The position numbers and the translations under genes were made by a program. Under the pieces are notes generated by a model. It was not told where the DNA came from, did no database searches, and was given only the letters and a program-made list of their open reading frames with translations. From an uncultured delta proteobacterium (lineage in GTDB: Bacteria > Myxococcota_A > Polyangia > Polyangiales > Polyangiaceae): a stretch of DNA of 64,000 bases. The stretch is taken from assembly GCA_963850305.1 (NCBI GenBank), contig CAWKKR010000001.1, positions 288,001 through 352,000 on the forward strand. The letters are read 5' to 3'. Shown here piece by piece: positions 1-9,541 of the stretch (position 1 is the first letter of the stretch; the number at the start of each line of letters is the position of its first letter).

Positions 1-244
1 TGCAGGCGATGGTGTCGTCACATTCACCGTCGTCCAGGCACGGACCGCCCCATTCAGCCGCGTTCCCGGCGTCGATCTCGCCGGCGTCCGCGATGACCGT
101 TCCACCGGAGTCGGGCACCACCGGGGTGATCGTCGAGCGCTCGGCCTCAGCATCTCGGACCGACACGAACGGGCTCGAGGAATCCGAGTGGCCGCACCCC
201 GAGACGGACGCGAGCAGCAAAAGCCCGATCGGAGTGATTCGCAC
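1..244 (-). CDS. N-terminal part of a Cys-rich lipoprotein (runs off the window edge)
   Basis: Not in the ORF track. Manual translation from GTG 244 gives MRITPIGLLLLASVSG-CGHSDSSSPF...GGPCLDDGECDDTIAC: a lipobox-like signal peptide followed by a myxobacterial-type Cys motif. TAGGTT lies 8 nt upstream. Confidence 0.6.
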   Translation of the reverse strand, partial: MRITPIGLLLLASVSGCGHSDSSSPFVSVRDAEAERSTITPVVPDSGGTVIADAGEIDAGNAAEWGGPCLDDGECDDTIAC

Positions 245-431
245 GGTCGAAGAACCTATGCGGGACAGTCGGTGCTTCGGCAAGGACAAGGGAACGCGGG
301 GGGCGGGCGATAGCGAAGGCGCCAAGGAAAGAGCCCTGCCTGGCCGTGGCGGGCGGAGGACGAGAACCCGGTCGAGATTAAAACTTTGGCGGGCGCGCGC
401 CGGAAAATGGCATATTGAGAAGGTCGTGACG

Positions 432-1781
432 ATGGGACGCCTCACTCGCCAGGAGCTTGGATGGCTCCTTGCACAGGAGGCGCGAGGGGCCGCGCGAATC
501 CTGCGGCAGGACGTGACGCTTCGGTCACAGCCTCCGCCCTTGGCGGACATCGCGCCCGCTATGTCGTCCGAGTCCGATCTCCGGGTGGAGACGACGCTGA
601 ATGTTCTGGACGATGCCATCGGGATGTTGAGCGAACTCGAGGGGGGGCCGGCGAGCCGCGCTCAGTCCCGGCGCGGCCGGATCGATCTAGCGGCGCTGCT
701 CTGGGAATTCGCGCCCATCGCAAGTATTTCGATCGAGCCGGGCGCCGGAACGGAAGTGTTCGGAGAGGAGGGTGAACTGCGGCGCATGCTGCACGTCCTC
801 GTGAGTCAGACTCACTTCGGCAGCACTCACGATGCCGCCGTGGCGCCCGTGCGGATTCGAAGGCAAGCGGACTGGATCCGCATCAGCGTGAACCTCGGAC
901 CCGACGTATCCGCCAACACGGATCTCGAGCGCAGATGGCTGAGCCGGATGGCGACGCGGATGGGCGGTCGTCTCGAACTCGAGGGCGGCACGATGTCGCT
1001 GATCTTGCCCGCCGACGCCTCGAACGATCAGAGCGAGGTCGCGGACCTTCGGAAGGAGTTGGTTCAGGCGCAGCAGCTCGGGGAAGCGTACGCTCGAGAG
1101 CTTGCGACGGCCTTCGCCGCCGGGCAGACACCGGAGCCCGAGGTCGTTCGGGATCATCGCGACGTGGGCCTCCGCCGCTTCGAGCTGCTCGTATCGCTGG
1201 CTTCGGCTCTGCATCGCTCGCTCGCGCCCATTTTTCACGCTCTCGAGGGTGACGCCCGGACGAACCCGGGGCCTCTCGCAACAGGGTTTGCTCTCCTCGG
1301 CGAGCTCGGTCGAATCGCGAGTTGCCCGACGACCGAGACACCGGAACGCGTGGACGTCGCGCGGACGGCGCGAGAGGTCGCCACCGACGCCGAAGCGCGG
1401 GCGTCGCGTCACGACGTGACGTTCCAGTTGACGACCCCCGCCCAGCTCTCGATCGCGTCGCGACCGCGCGCACTCTCGCTTCTGCTCCGAGCGCTGCTGG
1501 AGCACGCGATCGCCGCGACGCCAAAGGGCGGAACGGTTCGGATGTTCGTCACGGACGAGAACGGCGCGGTGAAAGTTGCCGTGGCTGACGGCGGACCGGC
1601 GGTCCCGAGCGCGGCGTCCGCCGACCTCCTGGAGCACCGGATCGACCCTGCCTCCCTCGGGCGGCCGCCGGGTTTCGGCTTGCTCGTAGCCCAGGTTTCC
1701 GCGACGTACCTCGGGTTCATCGTGGAGTTCGCCGACAGCGCCGAAGCGACCACGGCGGTCGTCCGTCTGCGACCACTCTGA
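432..1781 (+). CDS. Degenerate histidine-kinase-like protein (two eroded DHp/HATPase-like modules)
   Basis: ATG 432 is in frame with track ORF 9..1781. The C-terminus shows a HATPase pattern (LLEHAIAATPKGG, VADGGPAVP, GFGLLVA). Lies directly upstream of a response regulator. Confidence 0.7.
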   Translation: MGRLTRQELGWLLAQEARGAARILRQDVTLRSQPPPLADIAPAMSSESDLRVETTLNVLDDAIGMLSELEGGPASRAQSRRGRIDLAALLWEFAPIASISIEPGAGTEVFGEEGELRRMLHVLVSQTHFGSTHDAAVAPVRIRRQADWIRISVNLGPDVSANTDLERRWLSRMATRMGGRLELEGGTMSLILPADASNDQSEVADLRKELVQAQQLGEAYARELATAFAAGQTPEPEVVRDHRDVGLRRFELLVSLASALHRSLAPIFHALEGDARTNPGPLATGFALLGELGRIASCPTTETPERVDVARTAREVATDAEARASRHDVTFQLTTPAQLSIASRPRALSLLLRALLEHAIAATPKGGTVRMFVTDENGAVKVAVADGGPAVPSAASADLLEHRIDPASLGRPPGFGLLVAQVSATYLGFIVEFADSAEATTAVVRLRPL

Positions 1782-1871
1782 GGGCCGCCTTCCGAGCAGC
1801 CCCAGCGCGGGGACCCCGCAGATCGCGGAGGACCGAGACGCACGGTCCCGGACGATGCTAACCTGAGAGTG

Positions 1872-2258
1872 ATGCGGATTCTCGTGGTCGAAGACCAGGA
1901 CTCAATCCGGCGGATGATCGAGGCGCTCGTGGGTGCCCGCGGCTACCAGGTCACCGCCGTCAGCACCGGAACCAAGGCGATCGACGTCGCGTTGACGGAC
2001 CCGCCGGACATGGTGTTGCTCGATCTCATGATCCCGGGTTACGACGGCTTCGAAGTTTGCCGCCGACTTCGTGGTGACCCCGCGACGCAGATGGTTCCCG
2101 TCTTGATCATCAGCGCCCTGGACGATGCCGAATCGCGAGCAAAGGCGGCGGAAGCCGGAGCCACCGCGTATTACACGAAGCCTTTCAGCCCGATGGCGCT
2201 GCTCAAGGAAATTGACCGCCTGACGGAAGGGCGCAGCCCGGACAAGCGCACAGTCTAG
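1872..2258 (+). CDS. Single-domain (CheY-like) response regulator
   Basis: ILVVEDQ, LLDLMIP (phospho-Asp), ISA and YTKPF motifs; no output domain. Confidence 0.92.
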   Translation: MRILVVEDQDSIRRMIEALVGARGYQVTAVSTGTKAIDVALTDPPDMVLLDLMIPGYDGFEVCRRLRGDPATQMVPVLIISALDDAESRAKAAEAGATAYYTKPFSPMALLKEIDRLTEGRSPDKRTV

Positions 2259-2644
2259 ACGCGCGGGCCGGCTAGCATTGCCTTGGCCCGGTGCTCGGCG
2301 GCTTCGATGATGCCTTTGGCTTCGACGTCGGGGATACGTAGCTTCTTGCACAACCCATCGAGCATCTTTCTCTCTGCTTCCCCGAAGTCACCGTCCGCGT
2401 TCGCGATGAGAACGGCGTGCTGCAGCAACACCCGCCGGTCGTCATAGCTGAGCTCCGTGACGGGAACGTCGTCGAGGGTACGCTCCGTGGAAGCATACAC
2501 GCGGATCTCGTGCCGCTCGCTAGCGGTGGCGTCGAATGCCTGGAGCAGCGCTTCGATGACCTCGCTCTCCGCCTCCGCAACGTGACCGTCCGCCCACGCA
2601 ACGGTCACCAGGCCCTTGATCATTGCCAAATCCTGATCGTGCAT
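2255..2644 (-). CDS. TerB-family (tellurite resistance-like) protein
   Basis: Two A-x-ADG-x4-E motifs (VAWADGHVAEAE, IANADGDFGEAE), typical of TerB. Confidence 0.8.
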   Translation of the reverse strand: MHDQDLAMIKGLVTVAWADGHVAEAESEVIEALLQAFDATASERHEIRVYASTERTLDDVPVTELSYDDRRVLLQHAVLIANADGDFGEAERKMLDGLCKKLRIPDVEAKGIIEAAEHRAKAMLAGPRV

Positions 2645-2675
2645 GGCGTCGACGGTCCCACACTCTCGTCGGGTG

Positions 2676-3929
2676 TCAACGAGGGAGCGTTGCCCCAGCC
2701 ACGCCGGGGAGAGACGACGGTGGCTCAGGCGTCGCTCCGACCTCCGCCATCCGCTTCAATTCTCGGGAAAGCTCCAGCAACGTCCGGGACTCGGCCACCT
2801 CGAAGCCTGCTACCAGCGCCGCTACGTCGCTCTTCCGCGGCCGGTACGGCGGGCATGGCTCCTGGGCGACCACGGCGAGCGCCTCCGCCAACGGCAGGCA
2901 TGGCTCCTGGGCGACCACGGCGAGCGCCTCCGCCAACGGCAGGCATGGCTCCTGGGCGACCACGGCGAGCGCCTCCGCCGACGAAGGACCCTCTGGCTCC
3001 ACCGCGGCGGGGAAGAACGCCACATTCCCCGCCTGCGCCCGCGGTACCTCCGTGTTCGACAGGTCGGGATACGCAATCGCGGGGTCCGCGCTCACGACAC
3101 CGGAGGTAACGAGCGACGAGCACTCCGTCGTTGCGGGAATGAACGCGGGCTCCGCTGCCGTCTCACCATCGGCGACAAGGTCGGGTGCCGGCGTCACGTC
3201 GAACTCGACCGGCACTGCCCGGTCGGTGTCGTGCTCCGCGGGCTCGAGCACGACCAGCGCGGACGGAACCAGGGGCGCGACGGTCGTCCATGTGCCGAGA
3301 AACGGCGTCGCATCAACCCTCCCGGCGACCCACATCGGCTCGGACACGTGCTCCGGGACCTGCTGCCGCGGCTCGAAGGACGCCAACGCCGGCACGATTG
3401 GCGTCAGCGTCGCCTGCTCCGGTGCGAGAACCGCCGGCGGTTGGTTCGCGGGCGCGCGGACCGGCGGCGGAGAGACGACCTCGCGCGTCGGTTCGGCGAC
3501 AGGTTGCTCGGATAGCTTTCCGGAAGCCTTCGCGCGGACCGCGTCGCGATGCAGTCGCGAAAGGGCCCGGCGGGCAGCCGCACGATTCACGGGAATGAGA
3601 GCCGCCTCGATCTCACCCGAAAGTCGGAGGAGCCCGCGTGGCTCTTTGGCGTCCGCGGCGCGCTGGAGCGCGGGTACCCGAACCGATGACAGCCCGAGAA
3701 GCTGCGCGAGAAGGGCGCGGAGATCGGCCTCGAGCTCGGCCGCTGACCCCTCCCCGAGGCGCTCGACGGTGACGGATCCATCCTCACCGACGAGCACGGC
3801 ACCCAGGCGGCCCATCGACCCGGCGAGCTGGTCAGCGGCCGCAAGCACGAAGTAGCCCGCTGTCTCCGCCGTCACCGCGGCCAGCCCCGCACAGGCGGCG
3901 TTCGATAAATCCTTGACCGTGACCCGCAT
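2676..3929 (-). CDS. Hypothetical protein: folded N-terminal domain, Pro/Ala/Glu-rich linker with a 15-aa tandem repeat, short helical C-terminal motif
   Basis: Long ORF with GC-rich third codon positions. ATG 3929 (MRVTVKDL) chosen as start within track ORF 2676..4004. Confidence 0.6.
   Translation of the reverse strand: MRVTVKDLSNAACAGLAAVTAETAGYFVLAAADQLAGSMGRLGAVLVGEDGSVTVERLGEGSAAELEADLRALLAQLLGLSSVRVPALQRAADAKEPRGLLRLSGEIEAALIPVNRAAARRALSRLHRDAVRAKASGKLSEQPVAEPTREVVSPPPVRAPANQPPAVLAPEQATLTPIVPALASFEPRQQVPEHVSEPMWVAGRVDATPFLGTWTTVAPLVPSALVVLEPAEHDTDRAVPVEFDVTPAPDLVADGETAAEPAFIPATTECSSLVTSGVVSADPAIAYPDLSNTEVPRAQAGNVAFFPAAVEPEGPSSAEALAVVAQEPCLPLAEALAVVAQEPCLPLAEALAVVAQEPCPPYRPRKSDVAALVAGFEVAESRTLLELSRELKRMAEVGATPEPPSSLPGVAGATLPR
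2852..2979. repeat. Perfect in-frame 45-bp tandem repeat, about 2.8 copies
   Basis: GGCATGGCTCCTGGGCGACCACGGCGAGCGCCTCCGCCAACGGCA starts at 2852, 2897 and 2942; encodes AEALAVVAQEPCLPL on the minus strand. Confidence 0.95.
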
Positions 3930-4058
3930 GACGCTGCGCCCACCTCCATAACGACACGGAGCCCGTCCGGGCAAACACCTTGCGGAACCGCCCGGACGCG
4001 GCACCCGGGTCCCCTGTTGTTCAACGCGGAGGGGCGCACCTTGCTATAGTCCCGCGCG

Positions 4059-5960
4059 ATGCGCGCCTGCCCGCGCTGCGGCACCCCGAATCCGGACGGC
4101 ACGACCGCTTGTGTCGCGTGCGGCTCGACCCTGGACGTCCCACCCCGGCCGGCCGCGGGTGGGTTCAAACAGACGATGCTCGGAATACCGCCGTCAGCGG
4201 CCGCGCCGATTCCTGGGTCGCCCGACCGCGGCCAGGCGCCGCCACTGGCGCGGATGGGCACTATCATTGGCCTTCAGAGTCCAGTGGCTGTCGGTCCGCC
4301 CGCGTCCGCGCTGCCCCACGAGCCGCCATCGGCACCGGCGGCCCCCGCATATCAAGCACCTGCCTCGTCGAGTCTGAAGCAAACGATGCTCGGTTATGCG
4401 CCAGCGGCCGGATTCGGGGAAAGGGGGCACGCGGCGCCTCCGGCGCCGGCGACGCAACCGAGCCCTGCCCTCGCGGCGCACGGCGCACCTCGATTCGAGG
4501 ACCCGGCGCCTCCGTACGCTGCCCCGCAACCTGTCGTTGCCACCCCATTCATCGGCAGTGATGCCTCCGCGGGCCCGCCACGGGCGGGACTGAAGATGCA
4601 CACCATGCTCGGAGTCGCGCGCCCCGGAATCGCTCCACTCCACGCGGGACAACCCGAGCCGCCGCCTCCACCCGTCGCCCCCCCACCCGAGCTCGTTCAT
4701 CGACCGCCAATCGACGAGCCTCGAACCTTCGACGACGAGCCCCCCGCGCCCAGACGACCGGGACTGCCGAGGGGGGCCGTGGTGCTCACGGCCGTGTCGG
4801 CTCTACTGGCCGTGACCGCCGGGGTAGTCGCATTCCTCTGGCAGTCCCCTCGCCCGATTCACGCCGAGGTAACGCTGGACGACCGCGGGATCGAGGCGCT
4901 GTCACTCACCTGCGATGACTGCGCCGACGGAACGACGGTCTCGATCGGTTCGAACCACGCCACTTTCAAGGCGAAGAAGGCATCGCTCGGTCTCTCCAAG
5001 GCGCTCGATGTCGGCAAGAACGAAGTCGTCGTGGACGTGCAGCGCCCGGGCATCGGCAGAGATGAAGACGTCACCCTCTCGGTTCCGGTAGATTACCTGG
5101 TGCGAGGCGTGCTCACGTCGCTCGCCGAGGACCCGCCCAAACTCAAGGTCGCGGTGCAGGCCGTGCCCGGCGCAGCGGTGGTCGTTGACGGTCACGCCGT
5201 GACGCTCGACGCGATCGGCAAGGGCGAATACAGCGTCGACGTGTCCCACGACCTCGAGGGGCCCGCGGACACGATTCTGCCATTCGAGCGCAAGTTCCCA
5301 TACACGGTCACGCCGCCGGGAGGCGCCGCGCAGCAGGGCGACGTGACTCTGAGATTCGGGATCGTTCCGCTTCGAATCGATGCGCCCGGTGACGGCATCA
5401 TCGTCGACGGACAGACGTTCATGCTTAGCGGGCGAACGCTGAAAGACGGGCGCATCACGGTGAGCGGACGACCCATCACGGTGGACGCGGAGGGACGCTT
5501 CGCGCAGCTGATGAACGTCTCTTCGATCGGAGCAACGACCATCGTCGTCCGGGCCGAGGCGAAGGATCACGCGCCGCGACTGGTGCGTGTCGGTGTCCAG
5601 CGTGTCGCAAGCTTGCGGGACGAAGCGACCGTCTTTCGACAATCGGCGACGGAGCGATACGACGGCATCGCTTCGGCAGACGCGAGCAAAGGGATGGCCG
5701 TCGCGCTCGACGGTGAAGTGGTCGAGTCGCGCCTGGACGGCGAGATGACGGTGTTGCTCCTCGACGTGAAGAAGGGTTGCCCGAGCGCGCCCTGTCTGGC
5801 GAAAGTCGTCTACGGGGGCAGGTTCGACGCCAAGCGCGGCGCGCTCCTCGGCGCGTACGGTCACGTGGATGGCTCGGTCGACGGCCCTCGGACGGGACAG
5901 CGAATTCCACAGATCGCCGCGGAGTTCTTGCTCCCGGATGCCGGAAAGAAGAAGCGCTAG
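4059..5960 (+). CDS. Zinc-ribbon, Pro-rich, single-pass membrane protein with beta-rich extracytoplasmic domains
   Basis: CPRCG...CVACG at the N-terminus, low-complexity linker, TM helix (AVVLTAVSALLAVTAGVVAFLW), then a beta-rich C-terminal region. Confidence 0.8.
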   Translation: MRACPRCGTPNPDGTTACVACGSTLDVPPRPAAGGFKQTMLGIPPSAAAPIPGSPDRGQAPPLARMGTIIGLQSPVAVGPPASALPHEPPSAPAAPAYQAPASSSLKQTMLGYAPAAGFGERGHAAPPAPATQPSPALAAHGAPRFEDPAPPYAAPQPVVATPFIGSDASAGPPRAGLKMHTMLGVARPGIAPLHAGQPEPPPPPVAPPPELVHRPPIDEPRTFDDEPPAPRRPGLPRGAVVLTAVSALLAVTAGVVAFLWQSPRPIHAEVTLDDRGIEALSLTCDDCADGTTVSIGSNHATFKAKKASLGLSKALDVGKNEVVVDVQRPGIGRDEDVTLSVPVDYLVRGVLTSLAEDPPKLKVAVQAVPGAAVVVDGHAVTLDAIGKGEYSVDVSHDLEGPADTILPFERKFPYTVTPPGGAAQQGDVTLRFGIVPLRIDAPGDGIIVDGQTFMLSGRTLKDGRITVSGRPITVDAEGRFAQLMNVSSIGATTIVVRAEAKDHAPRLVRVGVQRVASLRDEATVFRQSATERYDGIASADASKGMAVALDGEVVESRLDGEMTVLLLDVKKGCPSAPCLAKVVYGGRFDAKRGALLGAYGHVDGSVDGPRTGQRIPQIAAEFLLPDAGKKKR

Positions 5961-6099
5961 CGTCCACGAGGAGGCGGCTGGCTGACGCTGGGCGACGACC
6001 AGCTCGGAGAAATCGAGCTCTGGAGGCGCAGGTAGCTGGCGCGCGGCTGCCCCTTGATTATACTCGTTGCCGGACCGATATGGTCCCAGCTCAAACGCC

Positions 6100-6423
6100 A
6101 TGATCTCCATCACCAAACTCGCCGCGGAAAAGGTTCACGAAATAGCCAGCTCGGAAGGCCTGGTCGGCCAGGGGCTGCGCCTTCGCGTCATCGGCGGAGG
6201 GTGCGCCGGCTTCCAGTACGACCTGTACTTCGAAGAGGCGCCGACGGAGATGGATGAGCAATTCGAGTCGAACGGCGTTCCGCTGTTCGTGGACCCGTTG
6301 AGCTACCAGTACCTGGATGGGACGGAGATCGACTATGTCGACGGCCCGCACGGCTCCGGCTTCAAGTTCGGGAACCCGAACATAACCAGCACCTGCGGTT
6401 GCGGTTCGTCTTTCAACGTTTGA
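6100..6423 (+). CDS. A-type Fe-S cluster carrier (IscA/ErpA/HesB family)
   Basis: GGGCAGFQY and C-terminal CGCGSSF motifs. Confidence 0.93.
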   Translation: MISITKLAAEKVHEIASSEGLVGQGLRLRVIGGGCAGFQYDLYFEEAPTEMDEQFESNGVPLFVDPLSYQYLDGTEIDYVDGPHGSGFKFGNPNITSTCGCGSSFNV

Positions 6424-6542
6424 TCCGAGCCCGCGCAACCATTTGGCCATCGGGCGCGTACTGTATGTGACGGGACCGACTTGGTCCGGTCATGACCGTA
6501 CGTGGCGGCCGTCTCCGAAGCGGGCGGCCGAAAAGGCATCCC

Positions 6543-7463
6543 ATGGCATACGAAGCGGATCCGTCCATCTCTCGATACATCGCGATGGTGCAATCCTTCC
6601 CGCAGCTCAGCCGCGAGGACGAGCTGGCGCTCGCAAAGGCATGGACCGACCGGGGAGACGAGGCCGCCGCGGACAAGCTGGTTCGCGCGCACCTTCGCTA
6701 CGTAGTCGCGATCGCCCTGAAGTATCGCCGCTACGGCGTTCCGCTCTCCGAACTGATCGCCGAAGGAAATTTCGGTGTCGTTCACGCGCTGAAGAAGTTT
6801 CAGCCTGACCGCGGCAATCGATTCGTCACCTACGCAGCTTACTGGATTCGCGCCTACGTGCTCAATTATGTCATTCGGTCCTGGAGTCTCGTCGGTGCGG
6901 GCTCCGGCGCGCTCCGGTCGAAGATGTTTTTCCGGCTCCGACGCGAGAAGGTTCGTGTCCTGAACCTGGTCGGAGACGGAGAGGCTGCGGACGATCTGCT
7001 CGCCCAGCGGCTCGGGCTTTCCGTTGACCAAGTCCAGGCAATGTTGCGGCGGCTGGAGGCGCGGGACGTGTCTCTCGACGCGAAAGTGTTCGACGATTCG
7101 GGAACGGCCCTACTGGACACGCTGGCCGCTCCTGGGCAGGACCAGGAACAGGCGCTGGCCACACGCGGTCTCCGAGATCGTCTGAGGGACGCCGTGAAGG
7201 AAGCGGTGGAGGAGCTGGATGAGAGGGAACGCTTCATCGTCGAGCAGCGTCTGATGGCCGACCCGGAGGACGAGCTGAGTCTCGCGGAGCTCGGACGTCG
7301 CCTGGGCGTCTCGAGGGAACGCGCCCGCCAGCTCGAGGCGCGCGCGAAGAAAAAGCTGCGGGGAAGACTCGAAACGCTGGCCGAGGAAGAGGGGCAGCTG
7401 GCAAGCGACCGGCCCACGAGCTTCCAGGCGCCGGAGATCCCGAGCGCGCCGCTATCGAGCTGA
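6543..7463 (+). CDS. RpoH/sigma32-like RNA polymerase sigma factor
   Basis: ELIAEGNFG, FVTYAAYWIRA, RpoH-box-like RSKMFFRLRR, and region-4 HTH LGVSRERARQLE. Confidence 0.9.
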   Translation: MAYEADPSISRYIAMVQSFPQLSREDELALAKAWTDRGDEAAADKLVRAHLRYVVAIALKYRRYGVPLSELIAEGNFGVVHALKKFQPDRGNRFVTYAAYWIRAYVLNYVIRSWSLVGAGSGALRSKMFFRLRREKVRVLNLVGDGEAADDLLAQRLGLSVDQVQAMLRRLEARDVSLDAKVFDDSGTALLDTLAAPGQDQEQALATRGLRDRLRDAVKEAVEELDERERFIVEQRLMADPEDELSLAELGRRLGVSRERARQLEARAKKKLRGRLETLAEEEGQLASDRPTSFQAPEIPSAPLSS

Positions 7464-7480
7464 ACCGTTCCGACATCGAG

Positions 7481-7509
7481 TTGCCGGACAGCGTCGGCTC
7501 CTCTATGGT
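7481..7509 (+). promoter_or_regulatory. Sigma70-type promoter of rnpB
   Basis: TTGCCG-17 bp-TATGGT, ending 6 nt before the P1 stem. Confidence 0.6.
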
Positions 7510-7515
7510 CCCGAA

Positions 7516-7885
7516 CGCTGCGGTGGCTCAGGCGGTCGCTCGACTTCTTCGGGAGCCGAGAGGAAAGTCCGGGCTCCACAGGGCAGGATGCCGGGTAACT
7601 CCCGGTGAGGGTGACCTCGAGGAAAGTGCCACAGAAAATAGACCACCCGGGCGGCCCTGGCCGGTCGGGCAAGGGTGAAAAGGCGGGGTAAGAGCCCACC
7701 GCGCAGCCGGCAACGGTTGTGGCAAGGCAAACCCCATCCGGAGCAAGGCCATGTACAGGGGCGTCCGAGGGCTGCCCGCCCGAGCCCCAGGGTAGGCCGC
7801 ATCAGGCGCGCGGCGACGCGCGTCGCAGAGGAATGATCGCTACCGCCGAGGCGGTACAGAACCCGGCTTACGAACTATCGCAGCG
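7516..7885 (+). ncRNA. rnpB: RNase P RNA, bacterial type A
   Basis: GAGGAAAGTCCGGGCTCC, GGAAAGTGCCACAGAAA, GGGTGAAAAGGCGGGGTAAGAGCCCACCG, GGCAAACCCCATCCGGAGCAAG and ACAGAACCCGGCTTA are present; the 5' CGCTGCGGTGG pairs with the 3' CTATCGCAGCG. Confidence 0.97.
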
Positions 7886-7887
7886 GG

Positions 7888-7918
7888 GCCGGCGAGGCGA
7901 AAGTCTCGCCGGCTTTTT
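7888..7918 (+). terminator. Rho-independent terminator of rnpB
   Basis: GCCGGCGAGGC-GAAA-GTCTCGCCGGC hairpin followed by TTTTT. Confidence 0.85.
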
Positions 7919-9489
7919 CATTGCGCGGCGAAGACGAACGGCACCTGCGCGGTCGTGGTCCCGCTCGATCGCGGGAACCGCCAGCCGCGGACCTTCGATT
8001 CGATGCAGTGTGCGAGAGCGGGGTACCCCCTCGGATCGCCCGTCGTCGTCACGTCCTCGACGGATCCCGAGGCGCCGATCGTGATCGTTACTCCGACTCG
8101 CGCGGAGCTTGGCGCGTCGGGAGCCCGCGCGGAAAGCGCCGTATCCCAGCAGCCGCGACGCACGCTCGAGCTGAAGTTTGCGACGACACGCTGGATCGAA
8201 TTGCCGTCGAGCTGCCCGCCAGGTGCGTTGCCCGGACTCGAAACGTCCGGGCCTTGCGGCGCCGGGCCGAGATTCCCGAGAGAACCCAGGCCGCCGAGCG
8301 TCGGCAGTCCCTTGCTGGCGACCGGCGTCGGGCCCGGCTCGGCCTTCGACGCCACACCGCTGGTTCGCTTCGTTCCCCCACCCGAAACCGTCGACTCTTC
8401 GATCGTCTTGGGATCTCCGCCGACGGGCCCCGGAGCGGGTTTCGCGCTGGATTCGACCTGCACGTACTTCACGACCTCGTGTTGCTCGGTCTTGCTCAGG
8501 AACACCGCACCGACGGTGACTCCGAATGCGAGCGCAACGAACACCGCCACCCAGGCGGCGGGATGAGAGGTTTGCTTACTGCTCTTGACACCAATCTTGT
8601 CGAGTAGATCGCTCGGAACCTCGGATGGCACCGGCACCGCCCCCGCAGCGGCTCGGGCCTGCGCCTCTTCGAGGGGCGACGGCGCAGGAATGGTCCGAGG
8701 ATCGAACGGCTCGGACGCGCCACGTAACGCCTCCTCCACAAGCGTGACGAGTTCCGGAAAGGAGCTCAGGGGCTTCCATTCTTCGAACCCGTCCCGCCAC
8801 ACGAGCGAATCGAGCGTTACCTTGCGCTGCAGCGCGCGGTCGCGTAGCTCCGGCAGCCCCATCGGGCCGGTGGGCGTGCCTTCGATACCGACATACCATT
8901 CGTCCGAGGGCGCCGGCGACAAGGGCGCCGACGACGGATGATCGACCGCCTGCGAGAACGCCGCGGCCAGCGCCATCCCGTCGTGAATGCGGGTCGGGGG
9001 CTCTTCCTCCGCGTCTACCTTCGGTGGGGCGACCTTTGGAGGCTCGGGCCGCGCCGAAACGCGCGCGGTAGGCACCGGCTCGTCCTCGGATGCAGGAGCC
9101 TTTTCGGCGACCGCCTCGGCCACGGCGGCGGCGCCTCGACGTGGCGGGACGGCGGCCGGTCGCTTCGGCGCTGGAGCCGTGCGTTTAGGAGCAGGCCCCT
9201 TCGCAGCGGGGGAAGTCCCCCGGCGCGCCGGGGGAGCGCCCCCAGCGCCAGGCGTCGGCCGCCCCGGCTCGGCAATGGGGCGTTCCTCGGAACCTCGGTC
9301 TTGATCCTCGTCGTCGTCATCGGAGTCTGCCGCTACGCCAGGCGGCCTGAGCGACTCGGGAACGCTGGCGCTGTGGATGTCGATGACGTGCCCGCACTTG
9401 CGACACTTCATCCGCGAGGACGCCCGCTGGGCGAGCTTCTCGTCGGCGATGCGATACTTCGCCTTGCACTGAGGACAGAGAAACTTCAT
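7918..9489 (-). CDS. GltJ/AgmX-like gliding-motility protein (zinc ribbon, GYF_2, TM, TonB-C-like AgmX/PglI domain)
   Basis: MKFLCPQCKAKY...KCRKCG zinc ribbon; WYVGIEG..GPM...LVWRDGFEEW (GYF_2); TM helix; C-terminal LAHCIESKVRGWRFP...VPFVF. Confidence 0.75.
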   Translation of the reverse strand: MKFLCPQCKAKYRIADEKLAQRASSRMKCRKCGHVIDIHSASVPESLRPPGVAADSDDDDEDQDRGSEERPIAEPGRPTPGAGGAPPARRGTSPAAKGPAPKRTAPAPKRPAAVPPRRGAAAVAEAVAEKAPASEDEPVPTARVSARPEPPKVAPPKVDAEEEPPTRIHDGMALAAAFSQAVDHPSSAPLSPAPSDEWYVGIEGTPTGPMGLPELRDRALQRKVTLDSLVWRDGFEEWKPLSSFPELVTLVEEALRGASEPFDPRTIPAPSPLEEAQARAAAGAVPVPSEVPSDLLDKIGVKSSKQTSHPAAWVAVFVALAFGVTVGAVFLSKTEQHEVVKYVQVESSAKPAPGPVGGDPKTIEESTVSGGGTKRTSGVASKAEPGPTPVASKGLPTLGGLGSLGNLGPAPQGPDVSSPGNAPGGQLDGNSIQRVVANFSSSVRRGCWDTALSARAPDAPSSARVGVTITIGASGSVEDVTTTGDPRGYPALAHCIESKVRGWRFPRSSGTTTAQVPFVFAAQ

Positions 9490-9541
9490 GGCGCGGTCGT
9501 AGGGCGGCGCGACATGCAATCAGGTAGCCGTGAAAGACCGT

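Noticed and set aside
9..431. N-terminal extension of the 590-aa ORF
   Set aside because: Overlaps the opposite-strand lipoprotein gene and a divergent promoter region; kinase-like sequence begins at ATG 432.
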